Source: Podarcis liolepis
Lineage: Eukaryota
NCBI GenBank assembly: GCA_965112155.1
Contig: OZ218100.1
DNA: 64,000 nt
Reading direction: 5' to 3' (one strand)
Of this stretch, positions 12,946-22,990 are shown one piece after another (position 1 is the stretch's first letter; each line of letters starts with the position of its first letter). The position numbers were made by a program, and so were the translations under genes. The notes below the pieces were generated by a model, which saw only the letters and a list, made by a program, of their open reading frames with translations, was not told the origin of the DNA and searched no databases.

Positions 12946-14659
12946 GGTGAGAAACCTAAAGCTGTGGACCAAATATGGCCCCCAGGTCTCTCTCTCTGGC
13001 CCTCAGGACTTTCCCCAGGGGAGGTTCTGTGGCACAAATATAAATCCTTGTGCTGACAGAACTACTTACTTGAATACCACCTATGGGCTCCAGTTCAACC
13101 TGGAAATAAGCTCAGTGAACTCAGTGTGACTTGCTTCTTCTGAGTAGACTTGCCGATGAGTAGATAATGCCCTGAAAATTGTCTTTTCATTTCCATTTCT
13201 GGTTTCTAATGGCCCAATCCAAATAGCTTGCTGTGCCAACAAAACTGAGATACAGTGACTGCTACGCCAGGCCACAGTTCCGACCTGTGGTATGGCACCA
13301 ACCCGAGAAGTTTCAAAATTTCAGTGCTGTTCCAATAAGACCTTTAGTCCAGTGTGGAATAAAAGCACCGCACAAAGCCTTTCAGTTTAGTTTAGTTTAT
13401 TTTCATTTTTGTTTATTATTTACATCCTGCTTTTCTGTAGGAACAATTAAAGTGGCTTACAGTAAAAAGGATTAAAATACATCAAGGCAAGAATAAACAA
13501 AATTAAAACACTAAATCCGCTGTAAGCAGTAAAAATGACAACAGTTGAAAACATTCGGAAGAGAGCAGTTATTAAAAACTCAAATCTCTAGTGTATAGTA
13601 GGTTTAAAACTCTTTGAATAGCAGATCATGCATTAAGAATTAGGTTGAATGTTTATAAAGCACTTCCTAACCACTGAATGACAGGCAGAGAGGGAGCCCA
13701 GCAGGTCTCCACTGAGAGGGCATTCCACAATATTGGTTCCTCACCTAATCTCGCTTATGAACAGGACAGAGGACTGAAGGGGTGGGGAGAGTCAATACTG
13801 GGAATTGCAGTATTTGATAATGTCACATATAGCGATCCTAAGTTAGGAAAGCTGCATGTGCAGGTTGGGTTTACTTCTCCTAGCACACTGTTTTGTAGCT
13901 ACATTTGAGCAAGCTGTCCTTTGTGTTATTGCAATTCAGCATCCTAAAAACGGGTGTCTGATCTTGTTACATTTCAGATTATCTTTTCAACTTTTATTGA
14001 TAGCCCCAAGAGCTAGAAAATTCATTTAAAAGTAAGATGAGAATGCCGTGGCACATAACATATATGGCACCCATATTAAACTGAGAGCTTTTGATCAAAT
14101 AGCTTTTACTTGATTAATATTATCCTTTTTAAACAGACCAGTCATTAATTTGATGTATTAAATATGTATTAAGCAAAACTCAATATCTCAAAGAAAAAAT
14201 AGTTTGGTACTATCTTAAAGGCTAACAAATGTATTATGGCATAAGCACAGGAGCCAACAACATCAGCCATACCACATTTTCTAAACTGGTAATATATGGC
14301 AGGCATGCGGAACAGTTTGCCCGCCAGATGTTGCTAAACTAAAACTCTAATCAGCTGCAGTAAGAATGGCCAGGTATGATGAGAGTTGTAGCTCAGCAAT
14401 ATCTGGATAGCCAGATGTTTCCCAACCTGTTCTATAAAATTATCTCTTTAGGGAAGCTTGCCTGGCACCCATATTTTCCTTTTGGTGCAAGGCCAATGTT
14501 GATCTCTCAGGCTTAAAAAATAATAAAACAATAGCATTTTGAGACCTTGACTTTTCCTGCCTCTGTGGTAGGGGGTGAATGTGTATGCATAACACAGAAA
14601 TAATTTTAAGAGGTGTTTTAATAAATACAAATAATCCATAAATAATCAGTCTTGCTCAT

Positions 14660-14900
14660 CAGTTTGCCCGTTTGCTGTTTCAAGGGGACAAGCCAGACTG
14701 CCTCAGTGCAAAGAGAATAAGTTAAACAAACCAGTCATTAAAGATGCCAACACTTTGATAATAGTGGGGAAATGTTTCAATCCCCTTGGGCATTCTCTAG
14801 CAGACTTGAAAGCTGCCATGCCTAAAAAAGAAAGTTTCAAAGAGATTCTCCAGCATGAAACTGGAATTATTGTAAAATCTGCAAATGATCATACTTAGCC
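14660..14900 (+). mobile_element. Degenerate Penelope-like element, GIY-YIG endonuclease remnant
   Basis: Manual translation gives ...VGKCFNPLGHSLADLKAA..., resembling the VGEHFNLPGHS-x-ADLKVA motif of vertebrate Penelope endonucleases (recalled). Confidence 0.6.
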
Positions 14901-15502
14901 ATTACCTGTGAGACTAACTCACTGCGAACACCTTTTTAGGTGTCAGTGTACACTATTTGTGTTGCATTGTCCATTCATTACCAATTAGGAATAGGCTGCT
15001 TGCTCTGATTTGATCTTCTGTTTCAGGGAGGGGGTTCAAATATATCCCCACATGCATCGGAAGAAAGTGTGAGGTGTCCATAGGGCGGCTTGGACTGGCT
15101 TTGCCTCCTACCAGTTACGTACCCCAGAGCTATGCTCCTTCTGGCCATGTGCACATTCAGTGTACATGGATATATGCACACATGTACCAATGTATGCATG
15201 TAGAATTCCACATGGGGGGCGGGTTCTGATTAACCCAGAGGACACTCCCCCCTCATGTGGAGGTGCTCTCTGTATGCACAGCTGTATGCTTGTAGGACCT
15301 TTTCTCATGTGGGATGAATGTGTATGCCCAGCTTGGTATGTGGCCGCCTTGCACATTGGTAGTTTGGGGGTGGGGGAGGCTGATGGGGGAAGCAGCTGCC
15401 CTCTCAAAAAGATCATGTATTTCACTTATATGTTGGGTTGGGCCCTATAATCTTGCTTCATGAAATGTTCTCCCTGCCTGATGCCTCTGTCTTTACCCCT
15501 TA

Positions 15503-15744
15503 CAGTGGTACCTTGGGTTAAGTACTTAATTCGTTCCAGAGGTCCGTTCTTAACCTGAAACTGTTTTTAACCTGAAGCACCACTTTAGCTAATGGGGCCT
15601 CCCGCTGCTGCCACGCCGCCGGAGCACGATTTCTGTTCTCATCCTGAAGCAAAGTACTTAACCCAAGGTACTATTTCTGGGTTAGCGGAGTCTGTAACCT
15701 GAAGCGTATGTAACCTGAAGCATATGTAACCTGAGGTACCACTG
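15503..15744 (-). mobile_element. Tc1/mariner-type MITE, family A (reverse orientation)
   Basis: TA|CAGTGGTACCTTGGGTT...AACCTGAGGTACCACTG|TA; internal sequence is the reverse complement of other family-A copies. Confidence 0.88.
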
Positions 15745-16847
15745 TATGAGCATTTTCCTTAGAAGAAGTCAAGGCAGCCTACATTGCTCTTCCTTTCCCC
15801 TCACAACAACCTTGTGTGGTAGGTTATAATTAGAGGCAGTGATAGGCCCCAGGTCACCCAGTGCCCTCTGTTGCTGAGTAGAAGTTTGAACCAGACTCTG
15901 CAGTATGAGTCCAACCGCTATACTTCGATGGGAACATTTTTGGCTCTGTGGGCCCTATGTTTATCTCCCTCCACCCCCACAGGTCAACTTTGATGGGTGG
16001 GGCTACCCACCTGCCCGTCATCTGGCATCATGATGACTTGTGCTCCTGGGGAGTGGACTCTGCTTCAGCAACATGTTCCCTGTAAGGAACACAGTGGTGA
16101 AGCAGCACCCAGTTAGACTGAACCCTGCCTCTGCAGGAGGTCATGGTTGGGGGAGGGGAATGGCTTTTCAGGCCAACTTGGACCTCCTGGTGGGCCAGAA
16201 TTGGCTCACAGGCCAGAGGCTCCCCACTCCTGCACTATACCATAACTGGCTCCTGTGTTTTGTATAAAATACGCCAGCCAAGGATCTCAGTCTGTGCATC
16301 TCACAAAGTACACTTCGGTCCACAAGCAGTGTGTTAGTCTTTGCTGCAACAAATTGATGGAGCTACACCTCTAGAACATATCAAATATCTCTTTTTGAGA
16401 TACTAAAGGAACTGTGAAACAATTTACTGCTTAATAAACAAATCTACAGATCACAATTTGAAGGAAAGGCTTGTCTTTTCATATTTGTTTCATTTCCTAT
16501 GTTACAGTAACACACCAGAATCAAAATAGCCTCAAAAAGTGTGTCTTTAACTCTCAACCCTAGCAATTAAAGGTTGCCCTCACTGATTAAAATTGATCTT
16601 AAAGCTTTAGCTGATTAATCCACTGATTAAACCAATTAAAGTTTGCAGTAGTCATTCAGTTATTTGATATGAGAGAGAGAGGGGGGAAATAGGAGGACTG
16701 GCAGCAAGCGAGTCACTGGAAAACAGTTGGGTTTTCCTTACATATTTCCGCATGTATTTCTCGCTGGGCCACTAGTTGTGGTGATGGGCTTCCACCTTTC
16801 TGCATCAGTCCAATACTGAAATAACAGAAAAAGCTGCATGAAGCAAT

Positions 16848-17138
16848 GTAGAATGATACAATTGTAGAGTTGGAAGGAATCCTGAGGATCATCTAGTCCA
16901 GTGTTTCCCAACCTTGGGCCTCCAGCTGTTTTTGGACTACAACTCCCATCATCCCTCGCTAGCAAGACCAGTGGTCAAGGATGATGGGAATTGTAGTCCA
17001 AAAGCAGCTGGAGGCCCAAGGTTGGGGAACACTGATCTAGTCCAACCCCCTGCAATGCAGGAATATGTAGCTGTCCCATACGGGGACTGAACCTGTGACC
17101 TTGGTGTTATCAGCACCATGCTCTAACCAACTGAGCTA
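16848..17138 (-). mobile_element. tRNA(Ile)-like SINE with CR1-type 3' tail, interrupted by a hAT MITE
   Basis: Minus strand: TAGCTCAGTTGGTTAGAGCATGGTGCTGATAACACCAAGGTCACAGGTTCAGTCCCCGTA head, then GGGGTTGGACTAGATGATCCTCAGG..CCTTCCAACTCTA CR1 tail. Confidence 0.7.
16899..17034. mobile_element. hAT (Buster-type) MITE, 136 bp
   Basis: TIR CAGTGTTTCCCAACC / GGTTGGGGAACACTG (1 mismatch); perfect 8-bp TSD ATCTAGTC (16891-16898, 17035-17042) with central TA. Confidence 0.9.
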
Positions 17139-17938
17139 TGTAGGAACATAAGAAGCTGCCTTATACGAGTCGGACCCGTTGGTCTGTCTAACTTGGTATT
17201 GCCTACACCAGGGACAGCCAACCTGGTGCCCTTCAGATGCTGTTGGACTAAAACTCCCATCATCCTTCACCATTGGTTATGCTGGCTGGGGCTGATGGGA
17301 ACTGTAGTCCAACAGTGTCTGGAGGGCATCCCATTGGCTACCCCTGGTTTACACTGACTGGCAGGAGCTGTCTGGGGACATTCCCAGCCCTATGTGGGAT
17401 CGTCTTCTGTGTACAAGGCAGATGCTATGCCGCCGAGTTATGGTCCAAAATGGAACAAAGTAGTGGAAGAACAGGAAAAGCTAACCATTGATGGCTATTC
17501 TGTCACCCTCTCTCCGTGGCCATTGCTTCTCCTTTAAAGGAGAGATGAGCATAGCTACTGGGAGAACTAGCTAGAGAAAGGAAAAAACTTTGCTGAGGAG
17601 CAGTAAGAGAAACAGGCGAGGAAGCAACAAATTCAGGGGTCCAGAAAACTGCCTGGGAGTAGCTAATCTTACCCCCAAATAACCCAGCTCCTGCTGCAGT
17701 GTTGACAAGAATGACATGCATTTAAGAGTTAGTACTCCAGCCTGCTGGAGTTAATAATGGGCAACCCCTTTGGATAATGCGTTGTGTAGGAGGACGAGCC
17801 ACCAGCTTCAAAACTGCAAAGCTATTTTAAGAGTCTTTATTAAAATTGAACCATATTTCACTGGAATCTACTCCCTGGCCCTTCTGTTAAAATATCTCAT
17901 TAGCACCAGTTTATCATTGAATTTTGAGCTTAATATAG

Positions 17939-17951
17939 TGACACACACGCG

Positions 17952-17985
<34 letters not shown>
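17939..17985. repeat. (CA)n(CG)n(CA)n purine-pyrimidine microsatellite
   Basis: Directly visible. Confidence 0.9.
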
Positions 17986-18150
17986 GAGTGGGTGTCCCAC
18001 TGTGAGAGTCCTGAATTGCTGGTGACTCCGTAATGAGTTGCGTGTGGGTTTTTACTGGTATGTGTGTTCAGATGAATGATTATGCTTTTGTTTTGTGGGG
18101 GTGGAAAGGCGAAGGGTGATGTGTTTTGACATTTGCCGTGCGTTTTCTAG

Positions 18151-18472
18151 GTTGAGCAATTGCTTGACATGAGCCCTTTTCCCAGGAGCCGATGAGTCTA
18201 GCTCTCCTCGCAAGGAGACTTCTTCTCGATTGCTAGAGAATATAACTCTGATTCAGACTAAGCTCTCTGCTTCTGGTAGTGATGGAGCAATGTCTGAGGG
18301 GAATAAACGGCTTGGGGCTCTCCGGGGTTCACACACACAAACTGTACGGGCAAAGAAAGGGAAACGTTGATCCTGAGTGCTGTGCATGCTCACACACACC
18401 TGAGCTCTGTCTTACATGTTGGGAAGGCTGCAAATACACATTTCACTTTTTATATTTTCTAATTCAGACAGG
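18151..18472 (+). other. TULP4: Possible internal non-coding 5'UTR exon of TULP4 (3' boundary uncertain)
   Basis: Branch-like TTTGAC then CGTTTTCTAG|G acceptor at 18150/18151 in non-repetitive sequence; donor not certain (candidate CAGG|GTGAAC near 18472). Confidence 0.3.
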
Positions 18473-18559
18473 GTGAACAGATGGGCTAGCCAGCCATGGG
18501 GTTTTTGGTTGTTGTTGTTGTTGTTGTTGTTAACACATCTCCTCTTGAGAGGTGCAGCG

Positions 18560-18765
18560 AGAGAGCTGTAGTGGTTAGAGAACTGGATTCATACCTGGGA
18601 GACCAGCATTCAAATCCTCTCTCAGCCATTAAGCTCACTGGGTGACGTTGTCCCAGTCTCTCAGTCCAGCCTTACTCCCAGGGTTGTTGTGAGGATAACA
18701 GTGGAGAGGATGGAGAACCATGTATTCCATCTTGAGATTCTTGAAGGAAAGGTGGGGTCGCAATG
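18560..18765 (+). mobile_element. Old MIR/CORE-like SINE
   Basis: GTAGTGGTTAGAG...TTCAAATCC...AAGCTCACTGGGTGAC...CAGGGTTGTTGTGAGGATAA; related - strand copies near 15750-15920, 35400-35590, 49100-49300. Confidence 0.6.
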
Positions 18766-18803
18766 TAACAATAAACACATAAAAGCAAAATATATTGCCT
18801 ATA

Positions 18804-19053
18804 CAGTTGTATCTTGGAAGTCAAATGGAATCCGTTCCGGAAGTCCGTTCGACTTCCAAAATGTTCGAAAACCGAAGCACAGCTTCTAATTGGTTGCAGG
18901 AAGCTCCTGCAGCCAATCAGAAGCAACGGAAGCCCCGTTGGACACTCGGCTTCCAAAAATAGTTTGCAAACCGGAACAGTCACTTCTGGGTTTGTGGCGT
19001 CCGGGAGCCAAAACGTTCGAGAACTAAGCTGTTTGAAAACCAAGGTACGGCTC
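18804..19053 (+). mobile_element. Tc1/mariner-type MITE, family B
   Basis: TA|CAGTTGTATCTTGG...CCAAGGTACGGCTC|TA; inverted relative to 11409-11658. Confidence 0.8.
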
Positions 19054-19184
19054 TATTGGGTTTATTTGGGGTCCACCAAGTTTGTTTTGAGAGCTTTTAC
19101 TGTGCAGTCTCTGCTCCTGACCCCTGCTGCTGCAGGCCAGTCGCACGCAGAACCCCTCTTATAGAAGGGAGGTCACCATAACTT

Positions 19185-19400
19185 TTCTTTTTTAAAAAAA
19201 TAATTTTTATTAAAGATTTCTTAGTTTACAAAAACATGTGCATTTTCTCTTTTTCAAGTTGCTTTTTCTACAGATCAGTTTCATTTGTTATGAGACATTA
19301 GTGTCGCATGCAGTATAAGTTTGGGAAGAAAAGAGGGGGAGGGTGGGGTGGGGGTGGGGTGGGGATGCTTCTATTCTTCCACTTACGGTAGTGTATGGCC
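19185..19400 (-). mobile_element. LINE 3'-end fragment (L1/Tx1-like); related copy at ~54240-54620
   Basis: Shared TTTTTATTAAA..TTTCTTAGTTTACAAAA...CAGTTTCATTT...GGGGTGGGG sequence; AATAAA and A-rich end on the - strand. Confidence 0.5.
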
Positions 19401-19809
19401 ATATCTTTTCTGACAACTCCTTTAGCTATTGTTTCTAGAAGACTTGGGAGGGAATAATTGTAGTATTGGTGTAGTTTACAGTGGGTGTGAGCAAAAGTGC
19501 TTCTGGTAGATCTCTGGGTGATTGGAAGCAATTTGAAGGGTTCTGATTCTTGACAATAGCAAAAGGCTTTCCTCTCTTCTAAATTAGGCTGCTGAGATGA
19601 AGAAATCTTGGGAGGGGAAAACCAGGACTGTGAGCTTAGTCTTGTTACTGGGGAAAAAAATTCTGAGCACCCTGTTCCTTCATTCTATGAGTGTGTTGCC
19701 TTTCCCAGCCAATGTTTTGTTCACCTGGCTCAGGCTGGTGGGCTTTTAGTTTTAATAAAATAGGTTGTGAACTGCCCTGAGATCTACAGATAAAGGGTGG
19801 TATGCTAAA

Positions 19810-19812
19810 TGA

Positions 19813-19868
<56 letters not shown>

Positions 19869-19869
19869 A
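19810..19869. repeat. (GAAA)n microsatellite
   Basis: Directly visible. Confidence 0.95.
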
Positions 19870-22363
19870 CCCACAAGCCTAAAGTTGCTCCCCCCCACTT
19901 TTTAAAGGATATCCATTGTGCCAAGCAATTTCTCTCTGTAGTTAACATTACTTTTTTAAAAAAACCTACTACAACTACATTCAAATGTATTTCTCTGCAG
20001 AGCAATAACAAATGCATTCTATCCCTTTTGGTATTTCATTAGATTCTCAGAATCAGTGAGTACGTAGTACATCACCTCTCTAGAGGTGTATCAGGCCACT
20101 GTTGTTCTGTAGGAGCACTCAAGCTGTGGGTCAGCTTAATATGAGCTTAGGCAGGGTTGTTGACTTATAAAAAGATGCTTAGTACATGAATTGCTTTTCT
20201 TTTGATGGGAAGCACTGAAACTCGTTGGACTGAAAGACACAGTCTAAAGCCAATGTTCTCGGACAAAGATGCAAAAGAAAGCAGGCTTGCATGTTAGTCC
20301 ATAAACATCATTTTACCAGCCCACATGCCCACATTTATTAGTCATTGACTAGGTGGATTTAAAAGGGGATTAGACAAATTCATGATGGAGAGGGCTATCC
20401 ATGGCTCCAAGCCTTTATGGTTGTGCTCTGCCTCCAGCAATGCTTCTGAATGCCAGTTGGTGGAAGCCACAGGAGGGGAGAGTATTCACCTGCTCAAATC
20501 CTGCTTGCTGGTTTCCCACATGCATCTGGTTGGCCAGTGTGAGAACAGGGTGCTGGACTAGATGAACCATTGACCAGATCCAGCAGGCTTTAAAAAATAC
20601 TGCCTTGCTCTTAATTATAAATAAATCAAAGGGGCTTGCAAGGTTCCCAAAATATATAAAACCTAATAAATACAACAAACCCAAAATATCTGAGGTCAAT
20701 ATTGTATTATAAAACTAAGAGCAGGTTAAAATGATGAGAGTTGTTTGGCAGTGGAACAGTCTATCTACCTCAAGAGGTATAGTGGGTTTTCTGTCGCTGG
20801 AGGTATTCAGGCTGAGGCCAAATCGGTCAGAGGTGCTGTAGTAGCATCCTGCACAACAGATCCTGTGCCAAGCAGAGATTGGTCCAGATGACATCCAAGG
20901 TTACACTCAGCTCTTTGATTTTATGAAAACAATTCCACATAAAAGCAGGGATGCAAAAACTCTAATCTGCATTGACCTGCATCGAATGTGTGAGAGTGCA
21001 GGTTTCTGGGGAGGAGATTGTGGCTGCTTTGCTCTTCCTCTAGTCATTCTGTTGTGAGCTAAGCTATGGTTTGGCTTAATATGCCCTCTGAACCCAGATT
21101 CATGGTTTATATTGCTCTGCCTTTCTGGTTTACAGCTTGTGGTTTGTCAGAGACAGGCTGGTGCAAACCATGGCTTAGTTAACAGCAGCAAGAGCAAAGT
21201 GTCCCTGATCTTCTCTTGAGGAGACTGCATGTCTTCCATGCTCACACTGATGTCTTGGTTTGGCTTAGCATTGTGTGAAAAATGAACTGTTAAATGCTTG
21301 GAGAATGAAAAGCTCTTAAAAGCCCATCTAAAGCTTTCAAAACAGAGAGCCAACCACATCTCTGGATGGCAGGAGTTCCATTCCCTGTGTGCTGTAGTAA
21401 AAAAAGTTGCTCTCACTTATGCAGATTAGAATTTCATTAAAAACAAAGGGAGTATTTTCCAATAGACAGGGCAATAACTACAAAGATGCAATGCCATGAG
21501 AATTCTATTCTGACTAATTAAAAGTTGGTACCTCTTTAATGAGGTATTTTATCTTGTGCAAGAAAAGCAGGTACTTGTCAGTGGTCTAACACAATACAGC
21601 GTGCCAAATCCTAGTATGTTTATTGGTAGAAGGTAATGCAGAAAACTACCATTCTTGGAAAGTGCCAAATGTTGCCAAAATTGTATTTAGTGTTTTTATA
21701 CCCTCAAATCTAGAGCAAAACCCTCTTTTAAAACAAACTTAAAACAAACAAATCAACATATAAATTCTTTTAAAAAAAGACTTACCTAAAATTAGAGGAG
21801 GCCAGAGCAAGATGTTACAAGTTTGAGGGTGGAGTTTGCTCACATCTACTTGAGAGAAAACTGTTTTAATACCAGCTGTACTATCTGGTGTATGTTTTCC
21901 CCGTGAAAGGAACATTCACCCAAGTGTTGGGGGGGGGGGGAAGGCGGAAAAGCTTTCTCCCAAGTGGCATTAGGTACTTAGAGCAGTGTTTCCCAACCTT
22001 TTTTGGGCAAAGGCACACTTGTTTCATGAAAAAAATCTCGAGGCACACCACCATTACAGCCCCGTGACGTCAGCGCGCAGCGTCACACTGGGAGGGACGC
22101 ACGAAAGTGTAAGTTTCAATTTTTTCCCCTCCCCCTTGCCTTCCTTCTGTGCCAACCGCCAAAAAGCCAAGAATCGCGGGACCGCCGGCGGAGGGGGGGA
22201 GGGCGAGCGGAGGCAGCGGCGAGCCCTGTTCCTCCCCATCCGCCCCATTCCGTGCAAGGAGCGCGAACAGGTGTGAGAAGGGGGTCAAACCTGCGGGTCG
22301 GCGCCGGGGAACCTCCAAGCTTTGGGGGTGGGGGGGAGGCAGCAAAGCGAGGCAGGAAGGAGA

Positions 22364-22483
22364 GCGCGGCTTGGCGAAGTACTCGGCGGCGAAGGCCAGC
22401 AGGTCCGGCGGCCGGTGCCGCAGCACCTCCACCGTGTAGCCCTGCAGCAGCTCAGTCAGACCCGGCGGGATCTCGATGCTCAT
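22364..22483 (-). pseudogene. PRKAR2A: Captured 5' coding fragment of cAMP-dependent protein kinase type II regulatory subunit (RII-alpha-like dimerization/docking domain); start of a 137-codon chimeric ORF 22483-22070
   Basis: [40 protein letters not shown] matches the recalled RII N-terminus (human RIIalpha [41 protein letters not shown]); PPG, GYT, PPDL and EYF favour PRKAR2A over PRKAR2B; similarity stops abruptly after codon ~40; no later exons in the window. Confidence 0.85.
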
Positions 22484-22990
22484 CTTGTAGCCGAGGCGCG
22501 CGGGAGACTCAACAGACGGGCCCGGGAGAGAGAGAGAGAGACACGACGGAGAGAGAGCGGGAGTCCCTGCTCGCCGCCGCCGTCGCTACAACTACTGTGG
22601 CGGTTGGTCGTGGCTGTCGCCGCCGCTGCCCACCTCTATCTATCTCTCCCCCTCAGCTTTCTACACGGGCCTGGAGCCGGAGGTGGGGGGTGGCCGCCAC
22701 CGCTTTCTCCGCCTCCACGTCCTGCCTCCTCCTCCTCGAGCCCTCTGTCAGCCCTGAGGGAACCACCGCGCTCGCGCTGCCGCTCTCTGACACGCGAGAA
22801 ATAGAAAGGAACGGAGTGGCGGGGTAGTCGGGGGAAGGAGGGGCCGGAACGGAAGCGCGAGGCGAGCTGCGCATGCCCAGCAGGAAGCGGTGGAGAGCGC
22901 CACAGAGAGAGAGAGAGAGAAGCAAGGGAGGGCGGGGAGTGGGCGGGAACACGCTTCATGCGTCACAATAACGGACAAGGGGCGCTCGAG
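22484..22990 (-). promoter_or_regulatory. Captured CpG-island promoter and 5'UTR upstream of the PRKAR2A-like ATG
   Basis: CpG-dense; ETS-type CCGGAA/CGGAAG 22844-22855, NRF1-like TGCGCATGCC 22868-22877, GC boxes 22930-22946, half-CRE TGCGTCA 22959-22965; Kozak ACAAG-ATG (A at -3). Confidence 0.65.

Noticed and set aside
17075-17138. tRNA-Ile gene (and tRNA-Lys-like sequence at ~52510)
   Set aside because: Degenerate, missing acceptor stems, and fused to CR1-type tails: these are SINE heads
22070-22990. The genuine PRKAR2A/PRKAR2B gene start on the - strand
   Set aside because: Similarity stops at codon ~40 with no splice donor, no downstream RII exons appear in 22 kb of - strand sequence, and the segment is bounded by hAT TIRs and a TSD inside a TULP4 intron
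22364-22990. Processed (retro) pseudogene of PRKAR2A
   Set aside because: Retrocopies retain 3' ends and poly(A); here only the 5' end plus promoter-like motifs is present, flanked by DNA-transposon hallmarks
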